DNA of 64,000 bases from a virus: the IMG/VR virus record IMGVR_UViG_3300043774_000656, positions 32,001 through 96,000 of that record; one strand, written 5' to 3'. This document shows positions 1 through 11,118 of this stretch, in pieces. The position numbers were made by a program, and so were the translations under genes. The notes beneath the pieces are model-generated. The model had not been told where the DNA came from. It made no database searches and saw only the letters and a list, made by a program, of their open reading frames with translations. The stretch's first letter is position 1, and each line of letters opens with the position of its first letter.

Positions 1-1878
1 TTTTATTCTAATCTGTACTGCTTCTCCCTGTTGAATTGCAATATCTAACTGGTTGATATTTATAGTATCAGCATTCTCTACATTTTCAATAGCCCATGAG
101 TACTGACCTGTAACTTCATCCATTACTCTCTTTCTAACAACAGTAGGTGATACTACCCAGTTGGTGAAAGCACCTCTTCTTTCTGCGCCGTTTTTATCTA
201 CAAAAGATAATTGCTCTACATTATTAGCCGTACCTGATGTGTCTACATATCTGTATTCTACAATGAATTGTACAACTTCTTGATTACCTGTAAACTTAGA
301 GAATTTAGGGTCCGGTATTTGCCAGAAACCTCTTACTCTATATTTAGGCTGCGCATTTAATAGGTCCTGTGACGTAGACTTAGCTTGTATATCTTGTACA
401 GTTGAAGCAAAAAGCTGAGCAGTAGAAGCTCTCTGATCTACTAATGATTGCAATTCATTAAGATCCTTTTCTCTTTCTACATCACTGCTATATTGCTTAG
501 TATTGATAGTAGTTCTCTTAACTGATATAGCAGAGTCCTTCTCTTTAATTTCAGAAGCTAATCTATTTCTATCATCAGCCAATCTTTTTATATCACTGAT
601 AACAGGATTATCTGTAATGTGATTATTGATTTGAACTACTTTAAAATCACCTGCAGCAATAGAAGGTGAATCTGGATTTATACCATACGCAGAAGGTACC
701 ATCTTATCTTTAGAATATGATAGCATCATCTGACCAAAGTCAACTGCTTGATTTCTATAGAAAGTATCTAAAGAAAGTGTCTGACCATTTGCCAGAGTAG
801 TTGAAAGTTCATTAGTTAAGAATGCAGTACCAGGAGACCAAAGCTCAGCTGGCAGTTTTGAAGTAGGGCTTATAGGTTTAATGAATGTAACTAGATATTC
901 ATCAAATCCTACCGGTATATCAATTGAGATAGACTCTTCTAAACCTTTATAAATTGAGAGAACATTTGCTCCAATTGTTACAGCGTCATAACCTTCAATT
1001 ATTTCAAGTACAATAGTATTACTACTAGCGTCAATCTCAGTAACTCTATAACGTGTGTTTTTATTATCATTATTAACCATTAACTGGTCGCCAATCTTAA
1101 GACTGAGCGTATCTGGGCTGCCAGAAAGTACATCAGTATACGTTAACTTATTAAGCTTATACGTCTTACGTCTTATATCTGTAGTTACACCATTTGATAA
1201 TACCTGCTTGGTAACATCTGATATTTTAATAACATCGAATTTACCAATATAGTTAATTGTTCTAGGAGGTGTATCTAAAATTTCCTCATCTAAGACAAAG
1301 GATATACTTTGTGAAAGAAGATCACTTATAAGTTGTGTAAAACTAATGTCTGATCTACCTTTTAAGTTCTTATTAAAGTATCTTCTTTTCTCTTCATTAT
1401 CGATCTGTAAAAGATATCTTCTTACCAGGATGTTTTCCGTATCAATAGGAATTTGGCCAGAAAGATCTAAGCTAACATACATCAATGGGTCAATAAAAGA
1501 CTCAAAGAAATAATTACTTTTTATGTTAAACGTAACAGGTGCTGCAACTGAATTTATATTATCTGCAGGTAGTTTAAGCCTAGATGCAATTATCTTTCTA
1601 TAGCTACCATCAGACAGTCTGACATTAACGTCAGTATCTCCAGTTCCTGTTAAATTTTTGATGTTATTCTCAGCATCTGTAATCCTCTTAAGAAGGTGGC
1701 CGAAACTAGGTACCTGTATACTTTTCAGAGTATCATTATCATCGAATAATTGAACTGTTACCGATTCTCTGTTAGTGGTAATAGCTTCATTTAATCTTTG
1801 AAAAACTTCAAGGGCATTTCTGTTCAGTCTAATAAACTGAGACATCAATGTTGATAATGAATTTTTAGTATTACTCAT
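1..1878 (-). CDS. large putative virion protein, partial (runs off left edge)
   Basis: ATG at 1878 (MSNTKNSLSTLMSQFIRLN...), frame appears open to the window edge; absent from ORF track, consistent with no stop in the window; structural gene block. Confidence 0.75.
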   Translation of the reverse strand, partial: MSNTKNSLSTLMSQFIRLNRNALEVFQRLNEAITTNRESVTVQLFDDNDTLKSIQVPSFGHLLKRITDAENNIKNLTGTGDTDVNVRLSDGSYRKIIASRLKLPADNINSVAAPVTFNIKSNYFFESFIDPLMYVSLDLSGQIPIDTENILVRRYLLQIDNEEKRRYFNKNLKGRSDISFTQLISDLLSQSISFVLDEEILDTPPRTINYIGKFDVIKISDVTKQVLSNGVTTDIRRKTYKLNKLTYTDVLSGSPDTLSLKIGDQLMVNNDNKNTRYRVTEIDASSNTIVLEIIEGYDAVTIGANVLSIYKGLEESISIDIPVGFDEYLVTFIKPISPTSKLPAELWSPGTAFLTNELSTTLANGQTLSLDTFYRNQAVDFGQMMLSYSKDKMVPSAYGINPDSPSIAAGDFKVVQINNHITDNPVISDIKRLADDRNRLASEIKEKDSAISVKRTTINTKQYSSDVEREKDLNELQSLVDQRASTAQLFASTVQDIQAKSTSQDLLNAQPKYRVRGFWQIPDPKFSKFTGNQEVVQFIVEYRYVDTSGTANNVEQLSFVDKNGAERRGAFTNWVVSPTVVRKRVMDEVTGQYSWAIENVENADTININQLDIAIQQGEAVQIRIK

Positions 1879-1879
1879 A

Positions 1880-3949
1880 TTACTTTATAATGTCTATTGC
1901 GAAGGTATAGTTTACGTTATCCAAACATATAAGTTCAAATATAGGCTTAGTACTAAGATCAACCGATGTGATAGTTCCTATTGCTAAACCTAAAGATCCT
2001 TGTCCGAACTTATCAAGCTTGTCAGTGTATATAATCACGTTCTTACCGTTAATGTTGAAGTCTGTATCAAATGAAAATCTAATTGCTTGACCTTCTTTAA
2101 ATGATACAGCACTGTCATCTATATAAATTTTAATATCTGCTAATGCTGAATTTTGGGTATTCATTCTAATCATATTCGTAAAAGTTTCAAGCTTAATATA
2201 AGCCCTGATTACGTTCTGATTTAGATCTAATGGTGCTGCACCTGTTATCGGGAAATTAAAGTTGATATCAGTGAATATACCATTTATGTTATATTGCTGT
2301 ACAGTATTGAAAACTCTTACTATGTTAGGTGTAGATTTATCTAACTGTATACCGTCTCCTGCTTTAAGAACATCTACATTGTATTGCAGATTAACAGGAA
2401 CTGTACCATTAAGTATAGAAGTTATAGTATCGTTTGTACTAGCAATCAGGTCAATAATAGAATTTGAATTAGACAAAGCTAACTGTGCATTATTAACCTG
2501 TGCTTCAACTGCCGTCATTCTACTTTTAAGCTCATTGACATCTTCCTGTGAGAAGATCATCGTCTCTAGCTCATTAACTCTATTGTTGACATCAATTAAA
2601 CTATTCTGTGACTGTAAAAGAATCCTTGTAGCTTCTTGTAATTGGACACTTGTGTCAATAAACAAGTCCATTGAAAACTGACTATAGTCATTGATGATAC
2701 TTTCGATAGTTGAATTATCAACACTGGTATCAAAATTCAAATTAAGTTTAAGGCCATATGAGTTACCATTAAGACCTGTAACCAAGTTAGGTTTAAACTT
2801 CTCGAATCTTTGGATATAGCTTGTGCTAGCAGTATCTGTTACGTTATCAATAAAGATAACACCATATAGATTTGTTGCTCTGTCATCTGGATTTGATACA
2901 TCATACAAATCATAATAAACTAAGATAGCATTAAAACTAAAATTCTTAGCTTTATAGCTAGAGTTGTATTCCTGTATAGTGCTTATTTCTGGATCAACAG
3001 CTATATCATAGTAGTCATCAGCATTCCAGTCTACAGTAATACCATCAAGTCTATTTCTTAAATAGGTTATTGGTGTAAACGCATCGGCACCTGGATAATC
3101 ACCTGGGTATTTAGTTATTTCAACTGTAGTCGCATCTGCAAATGTAGTAGGTGCTGTAAAATAACTATCTGGGTTTGATACAGCCCACCACTGTGCTAAC
3201 GGGTCTGTGTATGTTATTGCAACATCTTCATCATAGAATGCAAATAGGCTAAGACCATCTGGCTGCAGAGTTGAAGAATTTCTACCATAGATATATTCAC
3301 TATTACCTGGTGATATAATCATATCAGGCATATAGTTAGTATCTGAAACTGTGTCAAATAAAACTACTGGTGTATTACCAACCCTTGTAGGTACATTGAA
3401 ATAGATTTCAGTATAAGCCTGTCCACCTTTATCTACGTTATTAGTTACATCAATATCGCCAAGATATTGTACAACTCTGTCATATCTTCTAGTACCAGAT
3501 GAAACCTGGTTTTCTTCAGTGAATAGTGTTCCAGTATTAGGACCCTTTTCGGTTGCTGTAGCCTCTCTAAATCTTATTGCACCAAGCTCCTTAAGCCACT
3601 TAAAGAAAACTCTTTCAGATACTGATCTCTTTAAAGATGTATCATAGTCATTATCAGCCTGTAATAAAGCTTCTATGTTTAATGCATAGTTCTGAAATGA
3701 CTCAGCTAAGTTTACGTTATTATCAGAGTTCAGACCATTGAAAATAGCACCATCAATAGTTCTAAACTGGATATAGTTTTCTTTATGTAAAGGTACCTCG
3801 ATGTTAGGTATATTCAGGAGCGCATACTTCGAAAACTGGAATTTAAGCTGATCATTGTTAAATGTTTTCGATAAATCTTTTGCAGCGGATGCAAATGCAT
3901 AGAATACGCCACCACTTATCTGGGGTGTTCTAATTAAAGGTGTTGCCAT
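1880..3949 (-). CDS. putative virion structural protein (689 aa, central coiled coil)
   Basis: long ORF, N/D/T-rich, in baseplate gene block. Confidence 0.6.
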   Translation of the reverse strand: MATPLIRTPQISGGVFYAFASAAKDLSKTFNNDQLKFQFSKYALLNIPNIEVPLHKENYIQFRTIDGAIFNGLNSDNNVNLAESFQNYALNIEALLQADNDYDTSLKRSVSERVFFKWLKELGAIRFREATATEKGPNTGTLFTEENQVSSGTRRYDRVVQYLGDIDVTNNVDKGGQAYTEIYFNVPTRVGNTPVVLFDTVSDTNYMPDMIISPGNSEYIYGRNSSTLQPDGLSLFAFYDEDVAITYTDPLAQWWAVSNPDSYFTAPTTFADATTVEITKYPGDYPGADAFTPITYLRNRLDGITVDWNADDYYDIAVDPEISTIQEYNSSYKAKNFSFNAILVYYDLYDVSNPDDRATNLYGVIFIDNVTDTASTSYIQRFEKFKPNLVTGLNGNSYGLKLNLNFDTSVDNSTIESIINDYSQFSMDLFIDTSVQLQEATRILLQSQNSLIDVNNRVNELETMIFSQEDVNELKSRMTAVEAQVNNAQLALSNSNSIIDLIASTNDTITSILNGTVPVNLQYNVDVLKAGDGIQLDKSTPNIVRVFNTVQQYNINGIFTDINFNFPITGAAPLDLNQNVIRAYIKLETFTNMIRMNTQNSALADIKIYIDDSAVSFKEGQAIRFSFDTDFNINGKNVIIYTDKLDKFGQGSLGLAIGTITSVDLSTKPIFELICLDNVNYTFAIDIIK

Positions 3950-3952
3950 CTA

Positions 3953-4597
3953 TTAAGAGAATGATACGTTATGATAAGCTACTGCGTACCAAGCTCCATT
4001 ACCTGAAGAGTCAACCATGAATCTGAGTGTAATGTTAGCTCCAACTTCAGATAAACTTACCGTTTGGTTTGTGTAACCTGAGCTTGAACCAAATACAAAC
4101 TGACTGGTACCAGATGCTGCTATATCAATAGCACCTGCAGCTTGTTCGCAGAAGAAAGTAACTTCTTGTCCAAAATATCCATCATCTACCGCAATTGTAT
4201 ATCCGCCGGTAGTAATGTTTTTAATTGCATAGTTTCTGCTACCTGTTGTAGGATCTACTGTAACTGTAGCACCTGTAATACCTGAATCAAGTACTGCAAA
4301 ACTATCATGTGCAACCAAACCGTTTATTGTCGTTACTGCAGAAGATGAAGTAAGAGTAAGGTTTGTATTGATATTAAACACTGAAGATGTTATCTCCATG
4401 AAATATGAAGAAACCGGTCCAACTCTAAGTTCACCGGTCTGTAATGAAACTAAACCATCAATGGTTCCAGCATCTGGATCAATATAAGCTTCAATAGCAT
4501 TGATCTCATCTTTAAGAATGTTAAAGTTGTCATTGATGATAGGTCTAGAAGCAGTTAATGAATCTGTTCCTAAGATATTGGTTACAGTTATTGCCAT
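3953..4597 (-). CDS. putative tail fibre/baseplate-associated protein
   Basis: N-terminal SRPIINDNFNIL resembles fibre-attachment motifs; beta-rich T/S/G composition. Confidence 0.5.
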   Translation of the reverse strand: MAITVTNILGTDSLTASRPIINDNFNILKDEINAIEAYIDPDAGTIDGLVSLQTGELRVGPVSSYFMEITSSVFNINTNLTLTSSSAVTTINGLVAHDSFAVLDSGITGATVTVDPTTGSRNYAIKNITTGGYTIAVDDGYFGQEVTFFCEQAAGAIDIAASGTSQFVFGSSSGYTNQTVSLSEVGANITLRFMVDSSGNGAWYAVAYHNVSFS

Positions 4598-4604
4598 TTT
4601 GGTT

Positions 4605-7600
4605 TTATTTTATTATTAGTATGTTTTTGGTAGTTTTCTTTTTATTACCATTAGTATCTTGTAACTGAAGGCTTAATTCATACCTACCTGATCGCTTAAA
4701 AAGATAAGTGAACCAGCGTCCAGTAAAGTATATATCATCGGTACCAGGGCTGTCAAGATTCCTTAAATTCCATATAGGAAGATCTTTACCGGGTATCTTA
4801 GACATGTCATACGTGAAAGTTAGATGTGTCAATCTAGGTAAGAATATACCATCTGTCAAGAATCTAGTATCATTGTATGTCGGATTGTTAAGCTCAGTAA
4901 GCTGTTCATATCTTATATCAATTGCAGGATCTTGCCATGTAAAATCAACCCAGTCACCATTCTGACCTGTGTATTTAGCAACGGCTTGTACAAATTGTAG
5001 TATTAAATTATTACCTGAATCTACGTCGTACACCTTATTATAGATAAATTTACTAAATACAGGGTCTGTAGTATTATTCAAATCGTCTGCAGCTGTATCT
5101 AAATTACTGGTAGTAAATAAAAATGTACTAGTGTAAGGATATGGATATGACTGTTGCATAGTCATGCTTGAACTCGCAGTAACATTATAAATTCTAAAGT
5201 TAGCAGGTGTGTCACCGCTTACTTTACATGATTGCCACCATAAGTGATATGAATCATCCCATGATCCAGCTCCTAAATTATTCCAGAAATATGGACCAGG
5301 TGTATACAGATCTTTATAGACATCTACTTCAGGGTTAGTAAAGTGGTAACATAAAGACTGGTCAGGATTACTATTGTTCAATATGTAATTAGCTCTATCA
5401 AGAGACTCATATAAACTGGCTTCACCTTGGAAGTAACTTGAACTAGGTGCTATAGGTAAATCCCAGCTAGAACCGTATTCATTCCAGATATACTGTGGGT
5501 AATATGGACTAACTGGTTGACCAGGTAGAATAGGCTCACTTAATACAGGTTGCTTCTTCATACCAAAGATACTATTCCATGTATATTGAAGCTCTCTGAA
5601 TTTATAGAAACCTACAAACTCAACTTCTCTAGATAAAACTTCTACATAGTCTTTATAGATTTTAGAAGATAGATTATTATATGTGTCAAACAATCTAAGT
5701 TCTACGTTATAAAAACCGACATACGGTAAATTTATAGCTACTGTATTATAAGTTGCTATATCACCTCTTATTTTAAATTCATACGCAGGTGACTCATCTG
5801 TTTTATCTTTAAAGACTCTCCATTCAAGTTCATAGAAGTTACCTTGACCAAATGTGTCCCAACTCAATAATGTATTACCTGAAGCATACGACTGTGAAAG
5901 AGTAGGATTATTTCCAAATGCACCATTATCTTGAGTAAATGGTTTAAGCTCTATTCCAAAGTTACCTGCTATAACCTGACGTAATCTAAATGTTTCAAAG
6001 TTAGAATCATTATCTTTATCAACTACAGTACCTTCAAAATAGGTCCATGGTTTACCATCACCGATATTATACTCTGCGTTAAATGAGGCTAAAAGACCTG
6101 CAGCAACCTGAGAAGGTGTATCACCAAATGAAGCAGTATACGATATCTCTTTACCACTCTGTACATCTTTTACAATGAACACATCACCAGAACCTATGTT
6201 ACTGGCTATAAAATCCATAATTAAAACACCATTAGCCCAGAGTTCATCCCATTGAACTTCTGCATCTATCCAAGTCTTTGTAAAACTTTTATTTTCTAGA
6301 ACTACTGGAAAGCCAACAGGTATTCCAGGTTTATCTGGCAATTGTGCAATCGTATTTAGATTAGGACCATAGTCTTGGAAATAAGCTAACAGTACAGGTC
6401 CGATATCACCTAAAATTTCAGGATTTAAATCGTTAAGTGTAACGAATCTATCCAAAAAGTAAGGTGTAAATTCTGGATCAAATAAAGAATTTAAAGGTCT
6501 CAAATCTTGGATATAACCAAACTTTGGTGTAACTTCAAATACCGGGTCTATACCTATTTTTAAATAGTCAATTCTCTGTTGGTCATTCCAAGCAGACGTT
6601 ACAGTTTTACCGAAGTAGTCAGCTTCACCAATAATATCTATAATTCTAGAACTTGACGGAAGGAATCTCTTTCTTAAAACCTCTTTAAGACCATACAGCT
6701 TTATTAAAGCTTCTTCTAATGTAAATTCATCAGTCTCTGTTACGACAGGTATATCATATTGATCTAGCTCATTTGTAACCTGGTTTATTCTATAAACTAA
6801 AGAAAACAGTGCAGTTTTCTTGTAGATTTTATTAGGTACGTATGTGTTAGGATCGTTTACATTAACTGTTCTATCAAATACGTCTATTACAGTAGTAGTC
6901 TTATACTTACCGTAGTTGGGTGAAGTGCTATCGACATTAAGCCAGTATTCCCTAAGCTTAACGTTATTATATCCAAAGAACTTTATAGCATTGATTACAC
7001 CTTTATATGAGCCGATGAAGTTTTGGATATTTTTACCCTCAAGCAACATCTCCTTTCTCTTCTCGTTTAGAAGCATAAAGTCAGGAAGTGCCTCATTAAT
7101 GTCTGAAGTTCTAAATACAGGAGAGTCTTCTTCAAATAAACTATATCCTAAATTCTGAATCAGAGTAGTTAAACGTTCATCTTCACCAACAACCTCACCA
7201 TAGAATTTAATTCTGGCTATCATTTTATTAGTGCCATCTTCCTCTATAATAAGATATCTTTCAAAGACACCTTCCATTTCTGAGACTATACCTATATTAA
7301 ATTGTATGCTCTGGCTGGTGATATCATCAGTAATTATCTGGCCAAATGATGTGTACGATTGTGTAGGATCTATATCTACGTCTACTATAGCCGTATTAAC
7401 TACATTGAGTTTAGGTTTACTTTGTGCTAGATTAAAAGTAAACAATATGAATTTATCATTCTCATCCGTTTCGTCTTCCCAATATGCTCTCCATGTGGAG
7501 CCATCATATGAACCTGTAGCCTGAAACGTTGCATTAGGATCGCTGTAGTGTGGTACACCCCATCGTGTAATACCACCAGTAGTTAAAAACTCTTCTAAGA

Positions 7601-7754
7601 TTACTAGCGTTGCAGTCTCATATAAGCCTACTGAAACTTCAGGTAAATTTACACTACCTGTCCATATACCCAACATCTCATCATATGAGAAGTTAAGATC
7701 GGTTCCGTTTTTATCAAAAAAGCTTACGTATTTAAAATCTGTTGTAGCAGGCAT
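4605..7754 (-). CDS. large baseplate wedge-like protein (1049 aa)
   Basis: IGSYKGVINAIKFFGY resembles gp7-like wedge motif; PKD/Ig-like C-terminus; next to gp6-like gene. Confidence 0.55.
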   Translation of the reverse strand: MPATTDFKYVSFFDKNGTDLNFSYDEMLGIWTGSVNLPEVSVGLYETATLVILEEFLTTGGITRWGVPHYSDPNATFQATGSYDGSTWRAYWEDETDENDKFILFTFNLAQSKPKLNVVNTAIVDVDIDPTQSYTSFGQIITDDITSQSIQFNIGIVSEMEGVFERYLIIEEDGTNKMIARIKFYGEVVGEDERLTTLIQNLGYSLFEEDSPVFRTSDINEALPDFMLLNEKRKEMLLEGKNIQNFIGSYKGVINAIKFFGYNNVKLREYWLNVDSTSPNYGKYKTTTVIDVFDRTVNVNDPNTYVPNKIYKKTALFSLVYRINQVTNELDQYDIPVVTETDEFTLEEALIKLYGLKEVLRKRFLPSSSRIIDIIGEADYFGKTVTSAWNDQQRIDYLKIGIDPVFEVTPKFGYIQDLRPLNSLFDPEFTPYFLDRFVTLNDLNPEILGDIGPVLLAYFQDYGPNLNTIAQLPDKPGIPVGFPVVLENKSFTKTWIDAEVQWDELWANGVLIMDFIASNIGSGDVFIVKDVQSGKEISYTASFGDTPSQVAAGLLASFNAEYNIGDGKPWTYFEGTVVDKDNDSNFETFRLRQVIAGNFGIELKPFTQDNGAFGNNPTLSQSYASGNTLLSWDTFGQGNFYELEWRVFKDKTDESPAYEFKIRGDIATYNTVAINLPYVGFYNVELRLFDTYNNLSSKIYKDYVEVLSREVEFVGFYKFRELQYTWNSIFGMKKQPVLSEPILPGQPVSPYYPQYIWNEYGSSWDLPIAPSSSYFQGEASLYESLDRANYILNNSNPDQSLCYHFTNPEVDVYKDLYTPGPYFWNNLGAGSWDDSYHLWWQSCKVSGDTPANFRIYNVTASSSMTMQQSYPYPYTSTFLFTTSNLDTAADDLNNTTDPVFSKFIYNKVYDVDSGNNLILQFVQAVAKYTGQNGDWVDFTWQDPAIDIRYEQLTELNNPTYNDTRFLTDGIFLPRLTHLTFTYDMSKIPGKDLPIWNLRNLDSPGTDDIYFTGRWFTYLFKRSGRYELSLQLQDTNGNKKKTTKNILIIK

Positions 7755-8035
7755 TAGTTAATATGTTGATAATCTTTATTTACGCTAAATACTCTAAAAA
7801 TTCTAACCACCTTTGTAGTATTTATTAGATTAACAAAGTAGTCATTCATATAAATCGTAAAGTAATAGATTATTGGTACTCTGAGTAAGTGCTTAGATAC
7901 ACTTTTAGATGCCACAGTTTCCCTGTAGTCGTATGCTACATTTATTCTATATTCACCACCTGTTTTAGCTATAGAATAAAGACTCTTCTTTTTATAACCA
8001 AATCTGCCGTCAAGCACACTATTATTCCAAGCCAT
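7754..8035 (-). CDS. hypothetical protein (baseplate block)
   Basis: ORF tightly coupled to neighbours. Confidence 0.6.
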   Translation of the reverse strand: MAWNNSVLDGRFGYKKKSLYSIAKTGGEYRINVAYDYRETVASKSVSKHLLRVPIIYYFTIYMNDYFVNLINTTKVVRIFRVFSVNKDYQHIN

Positions 8036-8041
8036 TAGATA

Positions 8042-9922
8042 TTATTTTTTTAATTTAGCGTAATCGTCTCTGTACACGTTTTGACCTTTGTACTTATCCT
8101 TAATCTCTTGTTTAGCAGCATCCATTCTAGCCATGTTTAAAGTCAAATCTGCTTGATTTTTGAAGTATATGCCCAATGAAGAAGCTCTACCCTGTACAGG
8201 TGTAGGTTCATAGTACACACCGTTTCTATCAGTCCATCCACCTCTTATGACTGCAAGATCTCTCAGACCGGTTACAATATCACCAAACTCATCTAGACCT
8301 AAATTAGGATCTTCGTTTGGTGCAATAGGTATCTTAGTTTCAATAAGCTCTTTGTTAAAGAACACGTATCTCTTTTTATTACCTTCACCTTCCTGTAAGA
8401 ATGGTGTAGTAGGTGTAACTTTGTATGTCTTCTTTATATAGTAGCCATTTCTGATAGCTGTTTCGTTCTCTTCAGAAACAAAGAACACGCTTACAGAATC
8501 TACACCTTTGATATCTTCGATTATAGAAACTATATCGCTCTTTGGTGTTCTATCTCTGCGTCTAATTTTTATGAAATAGTCATTAAGCTTAGATCTTATT
8601 TCATTTTCTATAACACCTAGATCATAACCTTCAAATGTTCTTAAAACTATATTCAGTGCATACTTTTTAATTGTAGGATCAACGAACTGAAGTTCAGTGC
8701 TGGTCATTTGTCTACCACTTTCATTAATTACAGCTTTTAGCATTCTTTTCTCATCGTCTGTGAGTGTAAACTCTTCAAGATCGATTGTAAAATAATCATT
8801 GTCTGTAGTAACCTTTCTCTGTATGTCAGGCACTAAAAATAAATAAATGATGTTGTCGTCATCTAGATAATCATCTCCTGTTTCGTTGAAAGCATCAATG
8901 TAAGAGAAGTAATTAAATTTAGAAAGATAATACTCGTAGTTTTCTGGGTTAGCTAATACAAATGACCTGCTAGCCATAGGCGCTATAAGCTTTGTGAAAA
9001 ATGGACTTTCTTCATTTGAACCCAATGTTGGATTCTTTGAAGTTTCAATAAGTAAAAATTCGTTTAGGTCTACTTCTTCACCGTTAACATCACTACCTGG
9101 ATCTATAAATGTAAATTCAACAGGTTCTGATCTAGAGCTAATGTTACCTCCTGCACCTGCTGTAGCAAGATATTCAACATCTATGAATGCACCCCTTTCT
9201 GGGGCTTTACCAAAAAAGCCATTACCGAAAAATAGATCTAAACCTCCGGCCAAACCTGTTCTAACAATAACACCCTTTGTATCTAAAGCCATGTCATACA
9301 ATGAATCATATAATTGCCATAACTCGCCATTTACATAAACTTTCACGTTATCATTATCTACCATACCAGGTGTGTTAACGTTAAATGATTGCATAGCTTC
9401 ACCTGTTCCAACAACTCTCTGTGTCTCAAATTCACCCTGTATTATAGCACAGTATGTAAAATCTACAGTGTTCTTTTCAGCTCTGATAAAATCACCAGAA
9501 AAAGTCATGGTATACTTTATGCCATTGTCTTTGCATCTAAGTATAGTTCTATTTGAAATCAGGATGTATGGTCCTGGAAATTGAGACTGCTTACCTGGTT
9601 TAAACTTAAATCTTACTTCACCCAGTGCACTTATAGGTCTGGTTGGATTATGACCAGTAAGAGCAGCTAAACCATAAATAGATTCAAGGTTGTTTGCAGT
9701 CATGATATTGTTTTCAGTAACTGCATCTGTAATATAAAACATAATCAATTCACCGATATTTGACATTACCTTAAGTAATTGACCAAATGGTGAAGATACT
9801 GTAAAAACCTTTAGAGAACTTTGATAAGCACCTACAAGAAAGCTTATTGAGTCTTCATATATTTGCTCACCTAGTATTCTAGTTTTATGTAGAAAGTTAT
9901 AATTATCTTTAACTGTTGACAT
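8042..9922 (-). CDS. baseplate wedge subunit, T4 gp6-like
   Basis: ESIYGLAALTGHNP, LFFGNGFFGKAP, VEYLATAGAGGN motifs typical of gp6/BplJ. Confidence 0.8.
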   Translation of the reverse strand: MSTVKDNYNFLHKTRILGEQIYEDSISFLVGAYQSSLKVFTVSSPFGQLLKVMSNIGELIMFYITDAVTENNIMTANNLESIYGLAALTGHNPTRPISALGEVRFKFKPGKQSQFPGPYILISNRTILRCKDNGIKYTMTFSGDFIRAEKNTVDFTYCAIIQGEFETQRVVGTGEAMQSFNVNTPGMVDNDNVKVYVNGELWQLYDSLYDMALDTKGVIVRTGLAGGLDLFFGNGFFGKAPERGAFIDVEYLATAGAGGNISSRSEPVEFTFIDPGSDVNGEEVDLNEFLLIETSKNPTLGSNEESPFFTKLIAPMASRSFVLANPENYEYYLSKFNYFSYIDAFNETGDDYLDDDNIIYLFLVPDIQRKVTTDNDYFTIDLEEFTLTDDEKRMLKAVINESGRQMTSTELQFVDPTIKKYALNIVLRTFEGYDLGVIENEIRSKLNDYFIKIRRRDRTPKSDIVSIIEDIKGVDSVSVFFVSEENETAIRNGYYIKKTYKVTPTTPFLQEGEGNKKRYVFFNKELIETKIPIAPNEDPNLGLDEFGDIVTGLRDLAVIRGGWTDRNGVYYEPTPVQGRASSLGIYFKNQADLTLNMARMDAAKQEIKDKYKGQNVYRDDYAKLKK

Positions 9923-9936
9923 TTATTAAGTTTTAT

Positions 9937-10299
9937 TTACGCGAACACCATACCCATGTAGGTTTGACCATTTATTACTATATCTAAAACAGCCAAATCT
10001 CTTGAACCATCTTTATAGAATTTACAAGAACAGTCTACATTATATCTATTTGCCAGCATTCTACTGTATTGTTCTATCTGTGTATTAACCATACTTTCTA
10101 TTGTAGAAGCCGACATATTAGTACTAAATACTAAATCGTCTAGATTCGCACCAATGTATGGTTCACCTAGAACATCCGTTCTTCTGGTAAATAATATAAC
10201 CTCGATCTGTGTAAGAAGTAATTCTAAATCACCAAGCACTTCAATTTTGTCATTAACAAAACCAGGATCGCCTTCGATTTTAGTGTAAATGTCTGCCAT
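9937..10299 (-). CDS. baseplate wedge subunit, gp25-like
   Basis: 120 aa, ILFTRRTDVLGEPYIGANLDDLVF gp25 pattern; adjacent to gp6. Confidence 0.75.
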   Translation of the reverse strand: MADIYTKIEGDPGFVNDKIEVLGDLELLLTQIEVILFTRRTDVLGEPYIGANLDDLVFSTNMSASTIESMVNTQIEQYSRMLANRYNVDCSCKFYKDGSRDLAVLDIVINGQTYMGMVFA

Positions 10300-10302
10300 T
10301 CA

Positions 10303-11118
10303 TTAACTTGTTAAGAAGTAATCTACGCCTTCGTCTCCCTTAATCTCTTCCTTGATTGCATCAAGTTCTTCCTGACCAGCATCTCTGATCATGTCAGCAT
10401 TGAGAGTAACGTTACCCGGCATTTGATAACTAAATGTCATCAACATTGTGCCCAGTTGAGTTTTACATTTTGCCACAACATATCTGTGGAAAATCTCATC
10501 TGAATATAAAGCACAGTCTGATATAGATTCATACACACTAAGCACACAGTTGTGCTTTGGTGTTTCACCTTGTATCTTTAAAATTCTATTTAATCTATTA
10601 TAGTTGTATGATACCTTGGAATTAAGTACCTGTCTGGCCATATCAAATAAATTCTCGTTTGCTACATAATACATAAGGTTTTCACCGAGTACTGTTGTAC
10701 CTCCACCAAGGGCATATGCATTTGCAAATATGAATTTATCTAATGTAAAATCCGCGTCTAGACTAAAACCATTATTACCAGATCCAATCAAAAATTCACC
10801 TGCCTGTGTCAATTCATTTACACCGACAATATATCCTGCACCATCTGGTCTCGCAGGAGGTAGTGGTATTTCTCTTTTAGCCTTAAACAGATCTGTTGTA
10901 AACGTAGATCTAGGTATTACATAATAACCTTCCTGTACTGAGTCTTCATAGTTCTTATAAAACCATTTTTTAGTCTCAGTAATAATACGAACCATTTCCT
11001 TTTTAGGTATGGTAATAGGTATCATACAAGCGCTTGTCAATTCTGAATTGACATTGCTGATCAGCTGATCTAAACATCTACCAGCGTTTGCCGCTAATTC
11101 ATCGTTAATACTTGGCAT
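10303..11118 (-). CDS. neck protein, T4 gp13-like
   Basis: YNYNRLNRIL and KTQLGTMLMTFSYQMPGNVTLNADMI..GQEEL resemble gp13 C-terminus. Confidence 0.7.
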   Translation of the reverse strand: MPSINDELAANAGRCLDQLISNVNSELTSACMIPITIPKKEMVRIITETKKWFYKNYEDSVQEGYYVIPRSTFTTDLFKAKREIPLPPARPDGAGYIVGVNELTQAGEFLIGSGNNGFSLDADFTLDKFIFANAYALGGGTTVLGENLMYYVANENLFDMARQVLNSKVSYNYNRLNRILKIQGETPKHNCVLSVYESISDCALYSDEIFHRYVVAKCKTQLGTMLMTFSYQMPGNVTLNADMIRDAGQEELDAIKEEIKGDEGVDYFLTS